Shown piece by piece: positions 41,101 to 54,429 of a stretch of 64,000 nt of DNA (positions within the stretch are counted from its first letter, which is position 1; each line of letters opens with the position of its first letter). The position numbers were made by a program, and so were the translations under genes. Source of the stretch: Cycas panzhihuaensis (Eukaryota > Plantae > Cycadophyta); NCBI GenBank assembly GCA_023213395.1, contig CM041465.1, positions 91,829,741-91,893,740 on the forward strand, read 5' to 3'. The notes under the pieces are model-generated. The model was not told the origin of the DNA. It ran no database searches and was given only the letters and a program-made list of their open reading frames with translations.

Positions 41101-44100
41101 ATGATCATCTCCAATTATTGCATTAGGTATAAATACATACTTATAGTACATAGTCACCTCATACTTGTCCAATCATATGTAAGAACCCTTATGTCCACCA
41201 ATGGGACATTTACATGAATAAATTCTTATGTCCACCAATGGGACATTTACATGAATAGATGTGCACCACCTTGCACACAACTTAATATATCTCAATTTAA
41301 TAATCCATATGAGAAAGTTAAGGGGGACTCCTTGACATTAACATTATCTAATTAAACATCATCTCTAACACATTTAAAATTCGAGTCATGATTACATTTT
41401 ACAAGGTGAGCTATCAGATAGTCAAAAATTGGGTGAAATGCATGGTTGAAACAGGAAATGCCCTTGTAATAAAGTAGCCTCCTCCCTTCTTTTCCAATCA
41501 CCATTCTCATTCTCATCAAACACATCACTATCTTTGTAGTGAACTGCCATTTCAGCTTTCACATTTCATACATTGTTATAAAACCTTCTGTGCACGTTGG
41601 CTGAATCACATAAGCACCTTTCTCTGCAGGTTCAGAATGTACCTACATGAATGCATTCTATATGCTGTTCTTTCCAAATATTTTGCCCAATCTGGTAAAC
41701 TGTGAACAGTGGTGATGCAGTTACCATCAACAAATAGGCACAAAATATCTTGAATTGCTCTGATAAAAGTTGAAACAGTGGAGAGCTTTGAGCATTAGGT
41801 TGAGTGTAGCACTGTAACCCCAACAGGAACTTTCAAAGCATTACAGCAAAAGCTCATGTTCCCAAAATTGCAAGCACAATTCCTGTCTATTCAGGTTCGA
41901 AATTTAGGAAGAGTTCATCCACAACTAATGATATGCTATTTTTAAAACTATGGATCACTATAAGATTATGCAACTCCTACATATGGGAATATAAATGGAT
42001 AAGCCAGCATCAACCACCATCGTTATGGAATGGATAACATCCATGTTAACTCCTCCTCTCTTGCTTTTACAATTAAAATGCTAGTTGCTGGCTTTATTTT
42101 AAAGGGAGGACCATGCAGATAGCATTTGATTTTACCATGCCATCTCAAATGCCAGGAAGATAATTTGGTCTTTTCATGACTACAAGAAATCCAGATGCCA
42201 TAGCAAATAAGATGTCCAACAGAAGGGGATTACAATGGAAATAATGCAATTGCAATCAGTTTGTCTTTAACAAATCTACTTCCATTTACGCAAGAAATAA
42301 ATATTCACTCATCTGTCAGGAAACAGGCTACTTGTTATACCCTTATAAATGGGATCAGTGCAAGACAAATGGAATGGATTCACACCTAGATCATAATGCA
42401 ATCGTCATTGTTGATAAGTTCCATAAGTGGATGATTCGTGACCCTGATATTTCGTACATATGAAGCTTAGCCAATGAAACCCTATGTGAACCCTTTTGGG
42501 ACGGAGTTTGAAAGCAAGGGATTGCAAGCATGGAAAATAACTTTGTAAAGAAATAGGATGAAGATAATGTTTGCCAACCTGCATAGTATAAATTCATAGT
42601 TGCATTAAAAGTCTTTAATTTGGATTGCAAGAAATAAAACCTTGTTCCAAAATATCAAGCAGTAGTTGGAAAAAAGTCCATGCAGCTTCAGTTCAACATG
42701 AAAAACGGAAAAAAAAAAAAAAGAGTGGCCTGCACTTTAGACATTCTAAAGCATGTAAAATGGTAGCATGGTCAGAGAGGCCTATTGTCAAATAATATTA
42801 TTTTCTTGAATAAATTGATGCAATGCCTTTCTTGTGGGAATGACCTAGTCTTGTGCAAATATGACATCTCAGTCAATTATCTTACTTTTATCTCATTCTG
42901 CAGTTCAGTCTATAGCTGCCAAGAGTTTCTATTGTATTTGCTTCTAAATTGCTATTGCCCTTTGCACTAAACAGTCATCTACTGCTAAGTCCATTAAGCC
43001 TCATCAATCTCTAGGCCCCTGTTTTCTTAGCATTTCATTCATCCATTCTTGTAGCATCTTCACAACACCAGGTTGATAAGATCACAAGGCTTCTTCAAGG
43101 ATGCAAAAAAGAACTTCATAGAAAGCAACAGTTTAGGCTGGTTTACAATGCATTAGCGGTTCACGTGCACAGTGCAAACCTAACAAACACATCCTGTGAT
43201 TTGCAAGCCATGATGCACATAGTATCTCAATATGCTAAATGAAAGTTCAGAAACTTCACACAGTGGCATATATGCAGGGATGCCATATGATCTGCATTTA
43301 AAAACCACATGTAATATGGATTTCTGATCATGAAGTGCATTATCCCTTGTTCCACAATATTCAATCATTGGATCCTATGTATCAGATTTGGAACAAACTC
43401 CAGATATCAAATGCTACAATTAACCCTACTAACTAGATCGATAAAATTTGGATTCAAAACCAAGAAAGTGGAGAGCCAATGAATACTGGTGAGTGCTGTC
43501 CAACATCTAAATGTCCTATTTGATAAGTAGGAAATGCACCTGAACCCACCTAAAGCAGTTAAAGACATATTCACACTCATTGCTTCAGTGGCACGAAGTC
43601 CCTCTGATCCTGCAACAACAAAAGAGAAGACACAATACTTAGGCATAGACATTACAAAATAATTAAAGATAAATTTTACTAGTTTAGTTTATGGACTATT
43701 TCCAGCGCTAAAAAATAAGCATGTGCATACCACTTTTCTTTAGTCTCTCCGACCCAGCAAGATCAACAAGAAATAATTTGCCTACCAATATCCTGTTATA
43801 AAAATAACATGATATTGTACAATCAGACATGTTGCCAAGGGGAAGAAACAAGCCTCTCCAACTGGAAAAAAAAACAAAGTTCTATGCAAGCAAGAAACAA
43901 ATAAACTTGAAGAATAATCTAAACTTCCAGCAAAAATAAAAATTGTTAAAAAATACTTTCAGAAAACATAATAAATATTGATAGGCAATCAGAAAATTCT
44001 CTAGAACCCAAACATAGGAACTGAAAACTTCAAAGCTACTGGAACTCTCCTTACTATGGAAATAAAAAAAACTTAAATACGGTGAACGTTTTTATTTACA

Positions 44101-47100
44101 TAGCAGGCAGAATATTTTACTTCTCTGACAGCCCCGACCCTTTCACAGCTCTCTTCTTTGCATTTGGTAGATTTTTATTCAGACTACGATGTAGAGATTT
44201 CTTTTCCACTGTGAAAATAACTATAGCATGGCTGCGTGATGAGTGAGCATTCTGCATCCAGAAACAAATAAAACCTGCACATCAACATTCTTTTGTGTTT
44301 TCCTTCAAATAATAAAGATGTGAAAAAAGAACCTACTCCACTCTTCAAAAGAAATGTTTCTGTCTACTGAAATTTCGAATTCAAGGAAAATATAATGATC
44401 TCCAATACTTGATAGCTGCAATCGAATAAAGGTATAAGACTAATGTTGTGATCTGGTCCATAACTGAGCAGTATAAGATCAAAGCTGATGTTGCAACATG
44501 CACTTAAGCAATTAATGGTTTCCATAGAAAGCAATTTTAATTTTCTGATTGTATTGGCTGCATTCAAGATTTAAATACTTCAGGCAAATTGGCAGTTATG
44601 CTTTATGCTTTACAGGGCACTATGGTTGGCAGACCCTCTAGAGAAGACACTTTGTGTATATACATGTAAGTTGCAAGAAATAAGGCCTGGCATATTCTCT
44701 GGCTCATTTAAAACTTCAGGTGCACAAAAGGAAAATTTCTGCAATTGCTTCCACAAATATATTCATAGGTGCCACTATCAGCTACTACTATTTAAAAATC
44801 TTGCACATGTATATTTCTCTTCATATTTGATGAGAAAACAGATTATATTGTCATTTGCCATTGTATGTCTAAGCTATCAAAATTCTATAATTATAGAGGT
44901 GACTCTAATTTATATGTACATGTGTTGTATCAAACAATTTGTGGATAGCGAGTTATTCTTCACAAACAAGAAATTCCTCCCTTCATTTTCTCTTCTTGCC
45001 TGCAGATTGTGCTAGCAATATGATTATAGAAAGATATGCTAGTTCATATTGTCTATCCATTTCCATGGTGAAGAGTTTCAATTGCAAATGGAGCTCCCAC
45101 TTGATCCCCTCAACAAGAGCCCTGCCAATATCTATTCCTGATTTTTTTCCCACAAGCCCTCTCCCAACTGCAGTAGGAACAATAATCACTCAAATCCTGC
45201 TTGTTGCTATGAAGGGATCATGCAATGATAGAACCCTTCCCAATTCTTTTGGGCTGCTAACTAATTGCTATGTAATTGGATCCAAACAACTTCATGGCCT
45301 TTTGTTTCCACTACACAAGAATCTTGCATATATAGATTGTAAATTTTAAGTCTATAATATGACAGATTTGGAGGAACCCAAGGAAGACGACATATTGGTT
45401 GGCTGGCAAGAACCCCAGCGTGCAGAAAGATTTTATGTGACAGTTTAAATCTTACACACTCATTTTCCTTAGACCCAACAGAATTCCCAATTAGTCAACA
45501 GCATCATTTGCCTTGGGCCCAATAGAATACCCTATTAATTGAGTAGATTGTTCTAGTCATTTACTAGTAGATTAAGAAGTAAATGAGATCTCTAGATACC
45601 TAATTGTTACAATGGGGGAATGCCACTTGGGATCTTGCAAGTTTAACCATACCCTGAATTCATAAGAAGGTGCAGCACGCTGGCAAATTCTCACTTCTAA
45701 TTTAGTTGCACCAAGCATGAGAAAGCCAAATGTTGATGTGAAATTTCTCTTGTATTTGGACCTATATGTATGCCTTCTATGCACACAATTTATTTAAAAC
45801 CAGGGTAGGATTTTTGAAAGACTTTGCTGCAAGAATATTTAAGGACGATGAACAAGTCCAGCCTTAGATGGCTTCTTGAGACGAAGAAAAACAAGTATTT
45901 TTCACCATTCTTGTCATGTTTAGCCATGCTCCTATTCACTTAATAAGGCTACATTTTATGCTCTTCACTAGCAGACATACAAGTGGCATTAATCTCTACC
46001 TTTCTTGGGAACTGAACTATATCTCTACGTTTGGTCCTTACACTAAAACCAAACTGCTACAGAAGAACTAGCATGAAGGGAGAGATGAGCAGACAGAGAA
46101 ACATGACAATTATATGATGTAAATAAAACAATTCTAACTTGAAAACAGTGGAAGGATAAGAAAAACCATCAAGGAATTCACAGTTGAGATCAAAGAAAGT
46201 TGTCTTTACCATCTTAGTGAAGGCATTGCATCGATTACAATCACCAACCACAAGCAATCTCACAACATCCTCAACAGACTTTACCTCAATCTGTCCAGCA
46301 ATGTCCACATACGAACATACGCATCCAATGACTCAGCTTCGTCAAAAGGAAATTGGACCTATTACTAACAAAATCATGGCTAGATACTTGTATCTTAACA
46401 ATGCACACCCTGTATCTAAAATTTCATGAGTATTTCAATTTGTTCAAAGGATCCTGATGATCCATAGCATTTCAGTTTAAAAGGAGAAATAACTTGCCTG
46501 CTGAACTCCAGCAACAAAGATGTCTCCATCTTCCCCTTCACGAATTTGAAGATTCAAGTTCTCTGGTCGAAGCAAATCTTGTATCTGAACATTTATACAT
46601 TGAAGACATAAATCAGTACAGTTGCAGAAATCTTAGATATAATGTAAAACAGTTGCGTCAGTTGCGTCAGATACTACCAGTTATGATCAAGGTAACAATG
46701 GTAAATTTTATTTACTAACTAGGGATGAATTTATACAACTTTTATATACAAGCATTCACCATGTTGGGTCCTGTATAAGGGTTACAAGGGGTTTTTTCCA
46801 TTGTTTAGAACATTTTTCTATAATTTTCCATTTGTCTCCCATCAATCCATCCTACAAGGCTGCATGTTGGCCCTAACATTGTATGTATTAGTAACAGATG
46901 CTGAAGCTTGTTTCATAGATAATGAATGATTGAATGCTTATATAACATTTACAAGGTCAAACTGACCTAGGGGAGCAAAATACCGCAGGTGAAAGCCTTA
47001 TTGTATTTTATCTAACCTGCACTGATAGTTTCAGCTTAACAGCATTCTAACAGCAGAGAATGAAAAGTGCGAGTTAGATGTGCAGATTCTCTTTGTGCTG

Positions 47101-50100
47101 TCAATGTTGCTGCCCAAGCTCTCCAAGTTTTCAATGGTTGTTTAATAAGCAGCCTATTCTATAGAATTCCCTATGTGACGGAAACTGTATGTTCTTTTCT
47201 TTGCTGATTAAAAAAAATCCGCAGTATAGCATCTGCTGTCCTAGACACTAACTGTATGAGCTTCGGCCTTTGTGGCCAAGTTTACATCTGGAAAATCATA
47301 CCAATTCTATAAAGGCTGCACTTCAGCCCTTGTTGTCTTTATTAAATCCATATTGTATGTTTGTAACAGCAGTTTCTTCCTCACTCTGTATGCATGTGCC
47401 ATATATTCTCTTGTTTGGGGCATGTTCCCCTCTTCAAAAATCTGAAGCATGTCATTTCCTTTTGACAAAAATTTGGGTTTACCTTCTTACATGTTTGGAC
47501 ACTCTGCATATCATCAGCATGCGGTATTCTATTTGGAGATAACATGTTTTTCGCCTTTCAATATTGAAAGTTGAAATACATTTTTATCTCCAAATCAAGC
47601 ACCCAAGACTGCCGTGGTATTACGAGAGGAAATGGGTCAAGTTAGAAGAGATTTTCGTTTATGAGGATCTCCTTTGGGTCTCTGTTCTTGAAGTTTGAAA
47701 TGCAGAACAAAAATGGAAAATGCAAAGCAAAAGTTGCATATGGAACACCAACCATGGGGTAGTGGCAAAATACCTAGTGCGTGCAAAGGCACTAAGCCTA
47801 TGTCTCTATAATTTCTCTTGTAAGATATCTCCATGTCACAAAGTTGTTGAGAAGTTGTATGTGGTCTCCTGCATATGGCAAGAGGGAATCTACCAAGTTA
47901 AGTGGGCTATTAGTTGTAAGCCTAAAGAAAAAGGAGGGATACAAGCACTTGATTCAGCAAGAAGGTTGAGCACTCTGTGCCAAATGAATTGATCGAGCCA
48001 CCTTAGGGGGCATGGCATGAAAAGTGCTCATTTGGAGTGAATGTGGAGCAAGCCATCCCCCTTAAGCAAGGATAAATGAAGAAATTTGCCCTACTTGAAT
48101 CGTCGATGACTATTGACATAGTCAAGAGTGTTGGGACGTCGGTCTTCAAAAGCATATGGAACACTTGGCAAAGTTGAAGAAACTGCTTTGTTGATTGATT
48201 GATAAACCGAGAAAATGGCAGTCAACCACTTGCAGACCAAGCCATAAAATTGTTACTTAGGTGGAAGCCTGTGAAAGTAGTGCCAGATACTATTTTTATT
48301 AAGTTAATTTCAATACCAACCAGAGCATGGGGGAAAGGTTGGGTCTGGGGTTCTGGAATGACAACACAATTTCATAAATCCTCCCATGCTCAATATTTTA
48401 AACCCCATGTTAAAACCTCCATGCAAGTTGGGTTAGCTACCCAATTGCCTATGAAAATGGAAATCAGCTTGATTACCTATGGACCAAGCAATTGGACTAC
48501 CTATTGGATCATACTGAGTCCAAGAAAACTCTTTCTGGTCACTTATGCATCAAGGGCTGGGAATGAAGACTCTCCTGGCAAAACAAGACTAATTGAGATT
48601 TTCAGATGATTATCTCCATTTTGTCTCGATGTCCCATTGCAAAACATTGTTGACAACTGATCTGAATCATGCCATCAACTCATTCTTACTCAACTTTAGG
48701 GAGGCTTCTGTATAATTGTGGCATACCAAAGCTTGGAACTAAGCCCCAGTGGGTGCTTACTAGATTCTACATAGAGAAGTCTTATTTGCAGGAAAGACAC
48801 AACAGTCATGGTATGGCAGCTATTGGAATTGAAGCACCCATGCCTTGCATTATTGACAAAGGTTAGGCCAACATTACCCCCAAGATCAAGCTGATGAAGT
48901 GTCAAAGGAAATTGAAGCATTCACACGAAGTTCTCTAGAGTTAGGAGAGGGCATAGAGCTATGCTAGTTGGAAGCCCCACAAGAAGGGAGAGCAGCTGGG
49001 CTAGTCGATGTAATTATTACTCTAATACATTTTGCAATAGCACAAATGCCTTTCATGACTATTTTTCAAGAATGAAACATTTCACCATGTGAAATGCTGG
49101 TGAAATGGCTAATATAATATTATTTATAATAAATTATTATACCGTATCATATTATAAAACATTATATCATATTATATTATATTGTATTATATTGTTATTG
49201 TTATTGTTACTATTATATTGTAATCTTTTGTTATACTATTATTACTACTACCATTATTATGATGATGATGATGAATATGTGGCATTTCATCCCTGCATTT
49301 CACAAAAGAATAGTAAAGCCCATTTGATAAATTTTTTTTGTAATGAAACTTTTTGGTATTGTGTGAATCTTGTGCAATAATGGACGATGCGGTAGGGTAA
49401 GCCAATCCTAAAGAAGCTAACAAAGCATTTGCCATTTATGATCAGCTAGTCCAGTTTCCTTATTAGATAGGCTGTGCCTCCCAGGCATTGTTATAAGAAA
49501 TGTCCAATAAGCTATATACGCCAACACAAAACTATAGAAAAAATAAGCCAACATGTACAAAATGGTAAATAAAGCAAAAACATTATATACAAATGCTCAT
49601 AAAATAAAATATAATGAAAAAGTAATTTTAAAGAAACACGTGGGAACAAACTGACAGTGATGTTAACGTAGACAAATATACAGCCTTTTACCTCTCAATC
49701 AATTGTCATTGACTACAAATGAAAAAAACACACAAAAATGGCCGATAAGGTGTCAAATATACGCTTTTCCCATAGACATGCCTAAAAGACATTGGAGGTC
49801 AGGATAAATAAGGAAACTTGAATGAATAAATGAAATCACACCATATTATGAGTGGCAAGAGGTGGCCAATTAAGCCCTTTCAAAAGCAATAGAAGATGGA
49901 GTTGTTTTGATAAGGTTTGCCTCATTGCAATCTTATTGGTTCTTTTCGAGTACCCCATGACTGGAAATGGCAACGTTTGCCAAATGCTTGAGAATCAATA
50001 TCTTCTCACAGTGTCCTTGTAAAGTTATGTTTATGTGCTTGTGCTTTATGTTTTATTATCATGGCAGTTAGTGTAGCAATGTTGCCGGTCTTTCTGGCCA

Positions 50101-53014
50101 TTTTTGTGTGATGTGTAAAATTTGAAGCCAATACAGTGAGCAAATAGAATCTAACATGTCTAATACTAAATATATCTTTTTACAGATTCGAGGCTTTGTT
50201 TGAAAACTCTCCATTTTGGTGAGATTGGCATGCCCTTCCTTGATGGCACATTTGATGGTGTGCTTGTTTGATTGATAAAATCAATACTCAGTTTGAAAAT
50301 GTTACTTCTCTGGCATGTCCTTATAAGTGAACAATAGTTGTAAATTTCAAGGTTCAAAGGGCACATAGGTATTTAAACTCACCATTTCCATGTAAATCTG
50401 AATGTAGCTCATAGAAACATGATACTGATGGTCCTTATCTTCATCAACTCTTGCAAATATGTCAGTTGCAGATCTGGGAATTATTCCTAAAAGAATGTGT
50501 CGGGATTGTAAGCTTCTCCAAAATCTACAAAAGCCTAAGTTTGTCTAACATTAGCATTGGATCAAATGCCATGTGGAATCAGATTAGAACTCATACCTTC
50601 AGCTGTTTGTCCTCCGAATTCATCAATTACCATAGCTGAAAGAGTGTATGTCTTTCCTGCTCCTGTTTGTCCATATGCCATAATTGTGCCATTGTAGCCA
50701 TCAAGAACATCCTGAGATGTAGCAAAAATAAATTCAGATATACATTCTTTTCCAACAGAGGTCAATATGAGAGCTTGAAATATCATATTTTTGCAAAACA
50801 ATAAACAAAGGCAAACCAATATAGAATTATAGGGAACTGAAACAGTAGGCATCAAAGGAAAAGGAATTAGGCATTGCCAGAACAACGGCTTGAGCAGTGG
50901 TGTTGTATACATCTGCTTGTGTAGCAATGGAAGGGAGAACAGCATCAAACTTAAACTCCGTGCTGTCCCCAGCACCTCCCCTGTCATAGCTTAAAAAAAC
51001 AAAAAGGATGCATGTGTCAGGATAAACTCTTTTAAACTAAAATTGACTAATTCATGCCCAGCAAATTTGTTGACTGGCAAAGTGCAATAATTGTCTATAT
51101 TCAGATTTTCTTGATGCAAGCAACACAATCTGAATCTGGAGATGTAAATTCTGCACAATAAGAATACCAGTACTCGCTCCTGATTGATTGACCAACAAAA
51201 CAAATGTAAACATCCAGTTTCTGAACTCTTTTAAGTGAGATAATTAATAATTTTTCTTTCAGATTGTTTACCTCGTCACATTTAACAGGGTGAAAAATTG
51301 TATGCAAAATTATAATACCATGGGTATGGGAAGAATAAATATTCAAGCTCTCCAGAACAAGCACGCAATTGTACTGTTTCAGACCATTAACAATAAGAGA
51401 CTTACTTCCTGAGCAAAGTGATGGATTTCTCCTCAGCATCCGCATGGATAATCGGAACTTCATCTTCCCTAGCCTTCTCCAATTTTGTGTATGGCCTTAC
51501 TCTCACAGTTACTTTTACTCGCTCTGCACAATTCAATACCTAGAAATTTACATATTTGGCAGCATATCTTTAAAAGCAGCAAAGACTTTGAAGGTTAATT
51601 TCAAGTTTTAAATACCAAAACTGTAAGGTCTGAGAGGGTTAATGCAACCTAGTCATATGGAAAGGTATACACAACTTTAATATTTTCACATTTTTGGAAC
51701 TGCAACTGGCTTTTTGGTAAATCAAGGAAATGTCTCTAATCGATCTTTCTCAAAAGGCCAATACAATTACATATTAAACCCCACCTGATCTCCTTAACCA
51801 CACAGATGAAAGCAACTACATCTCAGAATTGGGCAATAGTCTTAGTGTGGCTGGATCCGAAAGTAATTTGAAAGATGTAAATTAATAGAGTACATAAAAA
51901 GCTAAGTGGTGAAGCAAAAAATGGCACATTTGAAATTGTGTAGAATCATGGAAGCAGTCGATCAGAGTGTAACGAAAGACAGTACAAAAATGTAAAAATT
52001 CAGAAAAGCATACAACAGATAATGCAATTGGACATCAATGAATTTAATCTACCAAATGTTGGCAAAACCACAATTGCACAATCACACAGACCCTTCAGAT
52101 GCTTGAGGACTAACAAAATAAGAGGTAGGTGAAATGAAGGAGAGGATGGGTAGAGGAAGGAAACAGAATAATGAGGGAGGGTGCAGACCACAGGGTAGGG
52201 GATAAGTAGGTAATGATGAAACAAATCACTGTTTTTTATTTCTTATTTCCCTGACATTGTCACCTCCCCCTAATTCCTGGGGGAGACCGCTAATTCATTA
52301 TAGGTGACAATACCACCTATTTAATCACTGTCACCTATAAATATAAATAGAGAAGACACCTAACTAGAAGATGTAACGTGCTTTGTCTGGCATCTTTTCT
52401 GAACAAGTCATATAGACTGAAAGCAAGCTATGGGCATTGTGAAAGCCAACATAATGTCGCATAACGTGGAGGAGTATCTAAAGCATCCCCTAAGTGTACC
52501 ATCTATGTAATCTCGTAAAGAGCAGTGCAAGGACCAGGAGCCAAAACTAGCACTAGTGGCCGGCCCATGAAGCCGTCATAACTGGCTATGGCCATGAAGA
52601 GCACGGCCGATGAGATTGTAAGAAATGACGAAACCCGTGAACTGGGGTTAAGCTGTGGTAAAAGAAGACGACTGGGGGAGGCTGGAAGCAGAATTTTAAA
52701 CTGGAGTTCTGAAATGCATATATGTGGTGAAGGACATCAAATTTACCCCATCCGCTGTCTTCAGGTGCACACTGTTGCGGTCGATGCCTTTCAGGGGTTG
52801 AGCATATAATTTTCCTGTCATTGTTTCTGGATTTGTCTGGTGAACTCTTTTTGTGTTTTTCTTTATCTTTATCAGAAATTCCCCCTCTTTTTTCAAGTTC
52901 ACAACTCTTGTTCAACCCCACCAGGTTAATGGTCGTCCTCTCGGGTTTCTTCTTTCTGCATTTTCTCACCGTTGACGCTGATGCTGCAGGGCAGCGTGAC
53001 GATGGTTCGGCCAT
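35006..53014 (-). CDS. Kinesin motor protein, ARK (armadillo-repeat kinesin)-like motor with no armadillo repeats seen; 17 exons, ~608 aa
   Basis: Phase-consistent exons on minus: 53014-52747, 51523-51406 (VKVTVRVRP), 50980-50878 (FKFDAV), 50711-50597 (P-loop GQTGAGKT), 50486-50383 (GIIPR..YIQIYME), 46584-46498 (IQDLL), 46290-46210, 44251-44121 (switch I NAHSSRSH), 43792-43731 (switch II DLAGSER), 43609-43550, 37233-37141 ([13 protein letters not shown]), 36855-36767 ([11 protein letters not shown]), 36559-36446, 35947-35784, 35693-35644, 35410-35351, 35133-35006. Total 1827 nt with no internal stop. Motor exons are firm; exon 1 and the last three exons are less certain. Confidence 0.92.
36919..37142. 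repeat. Tandem duplication (~115 bp) at the start of kinesin intron 11
   Basis: AAACCTTCAAATTTG...TTACCT at 36919-37026 and 37034-37142. Confidence 0.9.
38155..41370 (-). mobile_element. Non-autonomous LTR retrotransposon (Copia-type termini) in kinesin intron 10
   Basis: LTRs at 38155-38533 and 40954-41370 (TGTTAG start on minus). TSD CATTT at 38150-38154 and 41371-41375. PBS TGGTATCAAAGT at 40953-40942 and PPT-like ATAGCGGGG next to 38534. No gag/pol motifs recognised in the 2.4 kb interior. Confidence 0.92.
47720..49000 (+). mobile_element. Degenerate L1-clade LINE fragment in kinesin intron 5
   Basis: [20 protein letters not shown] matches the post-RT L1 motif V.W...C.PK..GG. Boundaries approximate. 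Confidence 0.65.
49110..49275. repeat. Degenerate (TAT)n/(GAT)n microsatellite
   Basis: Visible low-complexity tract. Confidence 0.85.
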
Positions 53015-53099
53015 ACCCTATGTTGCCAATTTAATTCAATTCCAATTGGAATTCGAATCCAACGAGTGGCGTCATTCATCCAAAATTCATGGTCATCTC

Positions 53100-53240
53100 G
53101 AATCACAAAGCCACGTTTGCCGTCAAAAGCACGTGACGGTCAACTCTGAAGAAGTAAATGTTGCGCTAGTGGGGAACGGGCGCCAAATCTTTTGGCGGCC
53201 ATCCAATTCTGGGCGCGCAATGCACCTTTTCTCGTGTCCA
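53100..53240 (-). promoter_or_regulatory. Putative kinesin proximal promoter with paired E2F-type sites and a G-box
   Basis: CpG-retaining patch 90-220 bp upstream of the ATG. TTTGGCGC (minus, 53187-53180), TTTGGCGG (53191-53198), CACGTG (53130-53135) and AACGG (53175-53179). Confidence 0.45.
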
Positions 53241-54075
53241 TAGGATTGAAGCCAAGCCAATGCCTAGTTTCATTCTAAAGCCCCCTCTTAATTGCCAAAA
53301 TAGTGCTAAAGAAGACAACGAATTTATTGGGAGCTAAATTTAGCACGGCATATTAATTTCTCTTAATTTTTTACTTATACATGCTCGATGCTCCACAAGA
53401 CTTTAGACCTTTTATCAATCTATTCATCTCTTTGTTGAATCTTTCTTATGATTTTAGCATTGTTATGCCATTAGGGCTTTTAAAGGATGTTTGACCTTCT
53501 AAATGTAAGTGCCAAATGGGCACATCAATCTTAATGTTTCATGTGTTTAAGTTCCTAATCTTAATTTATGGAGTTTCCCAACTTTATAGCAGCGTTAACT
53601 CATATACCCATCATAGAGGAGGTTGGAGTTCTCACAATCTCCTTAGGATGGAGTGGTTTCTTCCCAACAAAATTACTAATGTGACGAGCACACTTCTTCC
53701 TTCAACAATAGTTTGAGCAATTTTATAGTGCCTTAGTAAATTATCAAATTTTTTGCTAGGCTATGTTCTTATGTTAAGCTCCTAAAAATCCGTAACAAAA
53801 GGGGACATTGGAAAATGAAACCTCCATCCCAAAGCAACCTTGAGGTGGGAACAACTATTTTCCTTTAACCCTTCTTACTAATGATACTTTGTTGATCAAA
53901 GCCAAAGTTACAATCTTATCAAAATTCTCATAAGCTATTAAAAAGTGAAGAAATTTTTTAAATCACTTGTATATTAAGTATATCTCATATTAAGAGAAAT
54001 TGTAAAAGAAAACATCTATGAAGGTAGGCAAGATCCTTATAAGCAATTAATGATAATTTTTACCCTTCTCTTTAA

Positions 54076-54429
54076 ATGGGTTATAATTTACCTTTATTTT
54101 TTAGATTTTTTATAGCTTCACCAATCCCTTAATATAACCATTCTCTTACTGTAATATCATCGTCCTATGATATAATTATAAGTCACTATTATGGCCACAT
54201 GGTTGCAAATATTATTATTAGAAGAACATCAATCCAAATAAGTTATATGTAATCTTCCTCTCCTATGTATAACTTATTTGAATTAATATTCTTCTAATAA
54301 CATAATAGTGCCTTATATATCATAGGACGGTGATATTATAGTAAGAGAATGGTTACATTAAGGGATTGGTTGGCCTATAAAAAAATCTAAAAAACAAGCT
54401 CCAATTATTTAAGGTAAATTATAATCCAT
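54076..54429. mobile_element. Foldback / MITE-like element (near whole-length hairpin)
   Basis: ATGGGTTATAATTTACCTT pairs with AAGGTAAATTATAATCCAT. CCAATCCCTTAAT...CGTCCTATGATATA pairs with TATATCATAGGACG...ATTAAGGGATTGG. An inner stem closes a loop near 54250-54262. No TSD identified. Confidence 0.75.

Noticed and set aside
44983-45560. Possible minus-strand LINE remnant in kinesin intron 7
   Set aside because: Only a faint W..C..K motif; too degraded to support.
50562-50987. 141-aa ORF as a single kinesin exon
   Set aside because: It reads through intron 3. Exon 3 is in another frame, and only 50711-50597 of this ORF is coding.
52821-53243. 140-aa plus-strand ORF overlapping kinesin exon 1
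   Set aside because: Antisense shadow of a coding exon and GC-rich promoter; no recognisable motif.
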